DNA of 32,000 nucleotides from Nostoc sp. PCC 7120 = FACHB-418. GTDB lineage: Bacteria > Cyanobacteriota > Cyanobacteriia > Cyanobacteriales > Nostocaceae. Both the position numbers and the translations under genes were made by a program. The notes below the pieces were generated by a model, which was not told the DNA's origin, ran no database searches, and was given only the letters and a program-made list of their open reading frames with translations. The stretch lies in NCBI RefSeq assembly GCF_000009705.1, contig NC_003272.1, forward strand, positions 4,800,001 to 4,832,000, read 5' to 3'. Shown here piece after piece: positions 1 through 6,938 of the stretch. Every line of letters begins with the position of its first letter. Position 1 is the stretch's first letter.

Positions 1-1403
1 TGATTTGGACTTTAGTATCCCAGGCTGTCTGTCGTTGAATCAAGGGTTCTTCTGGGGTGAGTGTGGAGTAAGTTGCTAAAAGTGGTAGTTGGACTGTAAA
101 TGTGGCTCCTTGTCCTTCTCCTGGGCTAGCAACTGATACTTTACCATTGTGAAGCTCAACGAGATTACGCACGATCGCCAGACCTAAACCCAGTCCTCCT
201 TGATTTCTGGTTGTGGTAGCATCTGCTTGGCGGAAACGGTCAAACACATAAGGCAAAAACTCAGGACTGATGCCTGTACCTGTGTCAATTACCTGAATCT
301 GCACATTAGTCTCTACTTGTTCTAGGCAAATTTCTACCCGTCCACCTTCAGGAGTAAACTTGACTGCATTGGAAAGTAGGTTCCAAATCACTTGCTGTAA
401 ACGTTCTGGGTCGGCAGAAACTAAACCAATATCAAAATTCAGGCGAGATATAATTTGGATTGATTTGGTATTGGCAATTGGGCGGACGGTATCTAGTGCG
501 GCTTGAATTACCGGAATCAATTTTGTGGGGCGCACAAGCAAGCGAATGTTACCGCGAATAATCCGGGAAATATCGAGTAAGTCTTCAATTAATTGAGTTT
601 GGGCTTGAGCATTGCGCTCAATGGATTCTAAAGCTTGTTCAATCTTTTCTGGTGACAGTTTGCGGGTGCGGAGCAGGCGCGACCAGCCTAAAATACCATT
701 GAGGGGCGATCGCAATTCATGGGAAACTATCGCTAAAAATTCATCTTTCATACGACTGGCTCTTTCCAGTTCTATACGAGCTGCCCGTTCTCGTTCTAAA
801 GCTTGCGCCCGCTCTTCAGTTACCATTAATTCGCTTTGGCGTAGTGCTTTTTCTGCTTGTATGCGCTCTGTTACATCTAACACTAGTGATAGCACAGAGG
901 TAACACTACCTTCTTCATTAGTAATGCTGGAGTTGTACCATTCGCAATAAATGACTCTGCCATCTTTGGTATAGTTGCGATTGTATTGGATAATTTGCGC
1001 TTCTTGGCCACTGAGGAGGCGATCGCTCACCTCTGCGACTGCTGTCATATCTTCCTCATAAACTATATGCAAATCTTGAATGTATTTTCCTATTACTTCT
1101 TCTGCCAGCCAGCCAAAGATTTTTTCAGCAGCCGATGACCAACGGGTAACGCACAAGTGGCAATCCCACTGCACTACTGCCAAAGGAGTAGTATCTATGT
1201 GTAGATTTAAAAGCTGTAGGGCATTTTGCAAAGCCAATTCAGATTGTTTACGCTCTGTGATTTCCTGGGTAATGGTCATTCCCGCAAAAATCTCACCATC
1301 ATCATTCCTCACAGGTAAAACATGGACTTCATAAACGCGATGTCCATAGGGTGCTTCAAAACGGGAGCTGATGCCTGCAAATGCTTGGCGATAGGTTGAC
1401 ATC
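1..1403 (-). pseudogene. Sensor histidine kinase, C-terminal fragment (second half of a PAS domain, a further PAS domain, HisKA, HATPase_c). It runs off the window at position 1 and is separated from its N-terminal part by an IS insertion.
   Basis: My minus-strand translation from the ATG at 1403 reads MSTYRQAFAGISSRFEAPYGHRVYEVHVLPVRNDDGEIFAGMTITQEITERKQSE... (PAS C-terminal half). It continues to the H-box AIVSHELRSPLNGILGW and the ATP-binding G-boxes DTGTGI and GGLGLGLAIVRNLVELHNGKV. This frame is absent from the ORF track because it leaves the window. The + strand ORFs 612..950 and 1080..1334 are antisense artefacts. Confidence 0.85.
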
Positions 1404-1560
1404 CTCCCCCGTTTAGAAAACGGGGGATTCCAAGAATCACTTCTTGGGCTTTCTCTTTCCACGACTCGACTTATTTGGAGGAGTTACCTCACCCAAACAG
1501 AGGTCGATATCTCCAGAGACTTGAGATCCTGTGTGTCCCACAGTACGTAGTCCTAGTTCA
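1376..1560 (-). ncRNA. Predicted TnpB omega-RNA (reRNA). The scaffold overlaps the tnpB 3' end and the right end of the element, and is followed by a guide of about 20 nt read from the flanking kinase sequence. Boundaries are approximate.
   Basis: This is inferred from the established architecture of TnpB elements, in which the omega-RNA spans the 3' end of tnpB and the RE and its guide is the DNA just outside the RE. Here the RE hairpin is at 1405..1427 and the flank 1395->1376 reads CCTATCGCCAAGCATTTGCA on the minus strand. The sequence gives no direct evidence of transcription. Confidence 0.35.
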
Positions 1561-2754
1561 AGTATGTTCCGTGCAGCGTTCCAATCCCTGTCTTGAATAT
1601 GTCCACAGTGAGGGCAAGCATGAGTTCTTGTACTCAGCGACTTTTTCACTACTTCGCCACAGTTGGAACAATTCTGCGAAGTGTGATGGGGTGGGACTGC
1701 AACAGTCACTACACCAAACACTTTGCCGAAATACTCAACCCATTGCCGAAACTGCGTCCACGCTGCATCACTAATCGACTTGGCAAGATGTCTATTCCTG
1801 ACCATGTTCCGCACCTGCAAATCCTCATAGGCTACCAAGTCGCTAGACTGGACTACGCACCTCGCCAACTTTACGGCGAAGTCTTTACGCTGCCTACTTA
1901 CTTTAAGGTGTTTTCTACTCAAGCGATTTCTTGCCTTGACTCTGTTGTTAGAACCCTTCTTGGTTTTAGACAATCTGCGTTGCAATCTCTTGAGAGACTT
2001 TTCGCTTTTACGCAAGTGTCTAGGGTTCTCAACTGTATTGCCTTCGCTATCGGTCAAGAAATGGTTCAATCCCACATCCAGCCCAATAGTTTTAAGCGTT
2101 GGTTCTCGCCTTTCTACTCGCTCTTGGTCAATGCAAAACTGCGCGTAGTACCCATCGGCACGACGCACAACCCGCACCCTCTTGAACTGTTTCAACTGGT
2201 AGAAATGCAAGTCACGAGTTCCCCAGAGTTTGAAAGTTCCTGCTTTAAATCCGTCGCTAAAAGTGACATAACGACGGTCACTACTAAGCTTCCAGCCGCT
2301 AGTTTTATACTCAACACTCCCATGCGTCTGTTCTTTTTTAAAGCGTGGATAACCTTTCTTCCCGGTTTTGTTTTGCTTGCAATTGTCAAAAAACCGAGCA
2401 ATTGCACTCCACGCTCTTTCAGCAGAAGCTTGTCGAGCCATAGAGTTGAGTTTGGCAACGAACGGAAAGTTTTCATTGGCAGCAAGGACAGCGCAATAAG
2501 CACTCAAATCATACCTGCCGATGTTTTGGTTGTCCATCCAGTACCGGAGGCAAGCATTGCGGACAAAACGAGCAGTTTTAATCGCCTCATCCAGCAATTG
2601 ATACTGCTCGTTTGTTCCTTCAAGTTTTGTCTCAAATACTAGCATTTTTACGTCAAACTCTCTGACGTAATTATACCATGTTACGACCGAATAAATTCGG
2701 TCATTCGCTTATATCCCCCGATTAAAAATACGGGGGCTTTACGCTTCACGGCTC
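1396..2754 (-). mobile_element. IS200/IS605-family insertion sequence of the TnpB-only (IS1341/IS608-like) type, 1359 bp, with no tnpA, inserted into the histidine kinase gene.
   Basis: On the minus strand the element sits immediately 3' of TTAC (2755..2758) and ends in TCAA (1396..1399). These are the target and right-end tetranucleotides I recall for IS608. Both ends carry the same subterminal hairpin motif CCCCCG-N9/10-CGGGGG (2715..2736 and 1405..1427), about 18 nt and 9 nt from the ends. There are no terminal inverted repeats and no target duplication. Joining the flanks restores one open PAS reading frame (...SSKVEL|PYRQAFAG...). Confidence 0.8.
1437..2645 (-). CDS. tnpB: TnpB (OrfB/IS605-family RNA-guided endonuclease), 402 aa.
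   Basis: RuvC-I motif IGLDVGLNHF, RuvC-II glutamate in VAYEDLQVRNM, zinc finger CSNCG...CPHCG, and RuvC-III DRDWNAARNI. The N-terminal part is typical of OrfB_IS605. The 349-aa ORF on the opposite strand (1593..2642) is an antisense artefact. Confidence 0.9.
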   Translation of the reverse strand: MLVFETKLEGTNEQYQLLDEAIKTARFVRNACLRYWMDNQNIGRYDLSAYCAVLAANENFPFVAKLNSMARQASAERAWSAIARFFDNCKQNKTGKKGYPRFKKEQTHGSVEYKTSGWKLSSDRRYVTFSDGFKAGTFKLWGTRDLHFYQLKQFKRVRVVRRADGYYAQFCIDQERVERREPTLKTIGLDVGLNHFLTDSEGNTVENPRHLRKSEKSLKRLQRRLSKTKKGSNNRVKARNRLSRKHLKVSRQRKDFAVKLARCVVQSSDLVAYEDLQVRNMVRNRHLAKSISDAAWTQFRQWVEYFGKVFGVVTVAVPPHHTSQNCSNCGEVVKKSLSTRTHACPHCGHIQDRDWNAARNILELGLRTVGHTGSQVSGDIDLCLGEVTPPNKSSRGKRKPKK

Positions 2755-3271
2755 GTAACTCAACCTTAGAAGAAGTTTCTGGGGGGAGTGCTTCCCAAAT
2801 TGTTTTACCTTCCATATCAGCTTTCGTAATTCCCACCACCTCTAACCCTAAACCTGCTGCCAAGATGAAGCGTAGATTTTGGTCAAACAGGAAAACGCCA
2901 CCATTGGGAATATTTTCTAGAACTGTGTGGATTAAATTTTGATTACTTTGTAAGGCTGCTTGTGTTTGTTTAAAGGCTGTAATATCGTCGGTAACTTCTG
3001 GTAATGTAGATAATTCTTGCTGGTGGCTATGCAGTTTGTCTTCTGGGTGCGGATGTTCAGTGACATCTTGCTTGGTGGCTGTGAGGATAAAAGCAATACC
3101 TGTGATAATGATGGCAATTAGTTCTAGCCAAAAGGTGAGCGCGATCGCTAATCTAGATACGGGAAAGCAAGAAGAAATATAAGGCTCACCCTGGTATATA
3201 GCTATTGCCTGAGTAAAAATCAGCACTAGCCAAGCCAAAATTAACACAATTTGTCTTTTGTGGAGCAACAT
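2681..3271 (-). pseudogene. Sensor histidine kinase, N-terminal fragment (two TM segments plus the first half of a PAS domain). The genuine gene sequence is 2755..3271. The last 25 codons (2681..2754) are read-through into the left end of the IS.
   Basis: Hydrophobic segments IVLILAWLVLIFTQAIAI and LAIALTFWLELIAIIITGIAFIL are followed by the PAS start LIHTVLENIPNGGVFLFDQNLRFILAAGLGLEVVGITKADMEGKTIWEALPPETSSKVE. The junk tail LRAVKRKAPVFLIGGYKRMTEFIRS* begins exactly at the TTAC insertion point. Confidence 0.8.
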
Positions 3272-3595
3272 AGACTTGCCAGGGTAATAAAGAGAAATCT
3301 AACTTTGTTCTATGCTCAACTTCATAATGTATCAGTGTCTTCACAAGCTAGACTAGTCAATTTCAAAAAGCTTATTTTAGCGACTGATTAATGGCTAGTA
3401 TTATCCCCTTTCACAGAAATTCTGATACATATTGGATGTGTTGCAGGGGTGTAGAGCTATACGCTACTACCGATGTATTTGTATCATCCAAAAAATGAAA
3501 TGGTGTCAGAGTTGAGAGAATGTTGATGACAAACATTCTTTTATTATTGCTGTACTTTCATTAATTGGGAAAAGAGAAAATAGCTTTTTAGTGAT

Positions 3596-3718
3596 AGGAC
3601 TCATATCTGAAAACTAAAAATCAAGGGTGTAGGGGTGTAGGGGTTTTCAACATTTACACCCCTATACCCTTACCCCCTTACACCCAGTCTCAAAAGACAA
3701 ACTGGGTGCGGAAGTCCT
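3596..3718. repeat. MITE-like palindromic repeat, copy A, with a degenerate left terminus.
   Basis: It shares AAAAATCAAGGGTGTAGGGG...CACCCCTATACCCTTAC...CACCCAGTCTCAAAAGACAAACTGGGTGCGGAAGTCCT with the copies at 12341 and 20394. Confidence 0.7.
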
Positions 3719-3908
3719 AACTGATTTCTCTTTTTCTCTGAGCATAAGGAAAATATTTAGCAAAATCAGAAAAACTGACTCGGAATAATGTTAATTTTCG
3801 TAAAATTACGGACTTTAAAACTAGAAACATGATACTTACCTAGTTAAACTAACAAGAGTGCATCTGTACTGCTAGTTAATAAAATGTAGATGTGGCGCTA
3901 TAGCCTCA

Positions 3909-6900
3909 ATGATTCCAGTACAACTTGTCCTGAAAAATTTTCTGAGTTACCGTGATGCAACTTTAGATTTTCGTGGTTTGCATACGGCTTGTATTTGTGG
4001 TTCCAATGGAGCGGGTAAATCATCTCTCCTCGAAGCCATCACATGGGCGCTATGGGGTGAAAGTCGGGCGGCGGCTGAAGATGATGTGATCAATTCTGGT
4101 GAAAAAGAAGTTAGGGTTGATTTCACTTTTCAAAATAATCAGCAAAAATATCGGATAATTCGTAGTAGAATCCGGGGTGCATCTGGGGTTTTGGAATTTC
4201 AAATCGAAACACCCTCTGGCTTCCGGGCTATTACTGGTAAAGGTGTCCGAGCCACCCAGGATTTGATTTTAGAACACATAAAGCTTGATTACGATACTTT
4301 TATTAACTCTGCTTATCTACGTCAAGGACGAGCAGATGAGTTTATGCTCAAACGTCCCAGCGAACGTAAGGAAATTTTGGCGGAGTTGTTGAAGCTCAAT
4401 CAATATGATGAATTGGAAGAACGAGCCAAAGATTCATCGCGTCAATTTAAAGTGAGGGCGGAAGAATTAGAGCGTTCTTTGGAATCGATTAAAACTCAGT
4501 TACAACAACGGGAAAACACCAAAGCCCAAAGGGCAGAGTTAGAAGCAGAAGTTAACCAACTGCAACAGGTACAAGCTTTTGAGACGATTCAGTTGCAGAG
4601 TTTGCAGGTGATTCAACACCAGAGGCAAAATAGCGAACAGCAGTTAAATTTTATCAGGCAACAATACCAAAATTTGACACAAGATAGCGAGCGCCTCCAA
4701 CAAGAACAGTCCGCCATCACAACTCAGTTAGCTGAGTTAGAAGCTATCTTGCATCGGGAAGAGGAGATTCACAACGGTTATAGCCACTACCAAAGTCTGC
4801 AATCCCAAGAAGAAGCATTTGCTGTCAAATTTGACGAACACACCCGCGCCACAGCCTTACGTCAACAAAAGCAACAACAGTTAACTAAACAAATTCACGA
4901 ACTGGAAAGACAACTCCAACAAGTCCAAGGACAATTGGAAGCTTTAAAGCAGCAAGAACAAGAAATTCAGCACACCTTGAGTAAATCGGGGGAAATAGAA
5001 GCAGCTTTAGCCCAACTCGCCGCCGCCCGTCGCCATCTAGCGCACCTGGATGAACTGCAAATGCAGGTTTCCCCCTTGCTGCAACAGCGCCAACGTCTAC
5101 AAAGTCATTTAGACAGGGTTCATGCGGGGTTAGTCGCCAGGCTCGAACAATTACAAGCCACAGAAAATCAACTACAACGAGCCTCCCAACGCCAACCCCA
5201 ACTGCAACAAGCAGTGATGGAAGTGGCGATGCAAATTGATCAAATGGAGAAAGACAGGGTTTATTTGCAACGGGTACAAGAAAAAGGCCATGAAAGACGG
5301 AATTTTATTGAACGACTGCAAGCCCAACAACGGGAATATGAGAGATTATTGGGAGAAATGGAGCAGAAATTGCAAATGCTCCGCAACCCCGACGCTATCT
5401 GTCCTTTGTGCGAACGTCCTTTAGATGAGCATCATTGGAATCGGGTAGTAGATAAAACCAAAGATGAGTATAAGGAGACTGAGGGGCAATTGTGGGTGTT
5501 TCGTGAGCAAATGGCGGTATCTGATCGGGAAATTCAGGTATTAAGGCAGGAATATCGGGAAATATCCCAGAAATTAAATGCTTACGATACTTTACGGGAA
5601 CAGCGAGGACAATTAGCCGCCCAACTGCAATCTACAAGCGATGCTGAACAACAATTACAACAATTGGCAGCCGAAAAACAACACTTAGAGCGATCGCTTC
5701 AAGCTGGTGATTTCGCCCTAGATCAACAAGCCGAATTGCGGCAATTGGAACAACATCTGCAACAATTAAATTACAATGAGCAAGACCATGCCCTGGCTCG
5801 TAGCGAAGTGGAAAGGTGGCGATGGGCAGAAATTAAGCAAGGACAGATCAAAGATGCTACCAAGCGCCTAGCGACACTCGCAGCCCGCAAACCAGAATTA
5901 GAAGCCCAAATTACGCAAATACAAACCAGAATCCAGCAAGATCAGACTGATTCGGAAGATGCTCAACAAATCGCAGCCCTTGAGCAGCAAATTACCGACA
6001 TTGGTTATAGTTCTGAGCAGCATAACAACCTGCGTCTAGCAGTGCGTCAGTCCCAAGCTTGGCAGTTGCGTTACCAGCAGCTTTTATCAGCCCAGCAACA
6101 GTATCCCCAACTCCAGGGCAGATTGCAAGATTTGGAAGCCTCTAAACTTGCCAGATTGCAGGAAAGACAACAACTCGCCACCCAAATCGATAGTCTTGTG
6201 GAGCAGTTAGCCCAAGCTGCTAACCCAATGCAGCAAATCCAGGCTTTAGAACAACAGTTAGCCACGAGACGGCGACAACTAGACGAAAGCATCACCCAGT
6301 TAGGACGTTTAGAACAGTTAGCCCATCAATTAGAAACACTGCAAACTCAATATGAGGAGCAGCAGCAACAATACCAAACTTGCAAACAGCAATATCGGGT
6401 ATATCAGGAATTAGCCCAAGCGTTTGGTAAAAATGGCATCCAAGCTTTGATGATTGAGAACGTGTTACCCCAACTGGAAGCTGAGACAAATCAACTGTTA
6501 TCAAGGCTGAGTGCAAATCAACTGCACGTACAATTTATTACCCAAAGAGCAGGTAAGGGCAGTAAATCTACCAAGAAAAATGCCAAGCTCATAGATACCT
6601 TAGATATTCTCATTGCCGATGCCAGAGGTACAAGAGCTTATGAAACCTACTCCGGTGGGGAAGCCTTTAGAATTAACTTTGCGATTCGTTTAGCCTTAGC
6701 GAAACTATTAGCCCAAAGAGCCGGAGCCGCATTGCAACTATTGATTGTAGACGAAGGTTTCGGTACACAAGATGCTGAAGGATGCGATCGCCTAATTGCC
6801 GCCATTAATGCGATCGCCAACGATTTCGCCTGCATCCTCACTGTTACCCATATGCCCCACCTTAAGGAAGCCTTTCAAGCCAGAATTGAGGTAGATAAAA

Positions 6901-6935
6901 CGCAACAGGGGTCAAGGATTCGGTTGTTAACTTAA
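3909..6935 (+). CDS. sbcC: SbcC/Rad50-family SMC-like ATPase (double-strand-break repair nuclease subunit), 1008 aa.
   Basis: N-terminal Walker A CGSNGAGKSSLLEAI. A very long Gln/Leu/Glu-rich coiled coil carries a central zinc-hook CxxC (AICPLCERPL). The C-terminal part has the signature YSGGEAFRINFAIRLALA, Walker B LLIVDEGFGTQD and the H-loop VTHMP. Confidence 0.85.
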   Translation: MIPVQLVLKNFLSYRDATLDFRGLHTACICGSNGAGKSSLLEAITWALWGESRAAAEDDVINSGEKEVRVDFTFQNNQQKYRIIRSRIRGASGVLEFQIETPSGFRAITGKGVRATQDLILEHIKLDYDTFINSAYLRQGRADEFMLKRPSERKEILAELLKLNQYDELEERAKDSSRQFKVRAEELERSLESIKTQLQQRENTKAQRAELEAEVNQLQQVQAFETIQLQSLQVIQHQRQNSEQQLNFIRQQYQNLTQDSERLQQEQSAITTQLAELEAILHREEEIHNGYSHYQSLQSQEEAFAVKFDEHTRATALRQQKQQQLTKQIHELERQLQQVQGQLEALKQQEQEIQHTLSKSGEIEAALAQLAAARRHLAHLDELQMQVSPLLQQRQRLQSHLDRVHAGLVARLEQLQATENQLQRASQRQPQLQQAVMEVAMQIDQMEKDRVYLQRVQEKGHERRNFIERLQAQQREYERLLGEMEQKLQMLRNPDAICPLCERPLDEHHWNRVVDKTKDEYKETEGQLWVFREQMAVSDREIQVLRQEYREISQKLNAYDTLREQRGQLAAQLQSTSDAEQQLQQLAAEKQHLERSLQAGDFALDQQAELRQLEQHLQQLNYNEQDHALARSEVERWRWAEIKQGQIKDATKRLATLAARKPELEAQITQIQTRIQQDQTDSEDAQQIAALEQQITDIGYSSEQHNNLRLAVRQSQAWQLRYQQLLSAQQQYPQLQGRLQDLEASKLARLQERQQLATQIDSLVEQLAQAANPMQQIQALEQQLATRRRQLDESITQLGRLEQLAHQLETLQTQYEEQQQQYQTCKQQYRVYQELAQAFGKNGIQALMIENVLPQLEAETNQLLSRLSANQLHVQFITQRAGKGSKSTKKNAKLIDTLDILIADARGTRAYETYSGGEAFRINFAIRLALAKLLAQRAGAALQLLIVDEGFGTQDAEGCDRLIAAINAIANDFACILTVTHMPHLKEAFQARIEVDKTQQGSRIRLLT

Positions 6936-6938
6936 TTG

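Noticed and set aside
612-1334. The + strand ORFs 612..950 and 1080..1334.
   Set aside because: They are antisense to the histidine kinase frame, which shows unambiguous H-box and ATPase motifs. The Ser/Arg-rich translations are typical of antisense artefacts.
1593-2642. A 349-aa ORF on the + strand, plus smaller ORFs at 1475..1774, 1936..2148 and 2192..2503.
   Set aside because: They lie entirely antisense to, or out of frame within, tnpB, whose product has clear catalytic motifs. The translations are low-complexity with no recognisable motifs.
3620-3700. Repeated GGGTGTAGGGG / CCCTTACACCC octamer-like units. The question was whether they form a CRISPR array.
   Set aside because: The units are 7-8 nt, directly abutting and without spacers, and they form the two arms of a palindromic MITE-like element. 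No cas genes are nearby.
5236-6841. Several 60-75-aa ORFs inside or antisense to sbcC (5236..5424, 6071..6295, 6292..6516, 6647..6841), and similar ones within the CCA-enzyme, kinase, lpxB-like and pyk genes.
   Set aside because: All are nested in or antisense to long ORFs that carry clear family motifs. Their compositions (Cys/Ser/Arg-rich) are typical of non-coding frames.
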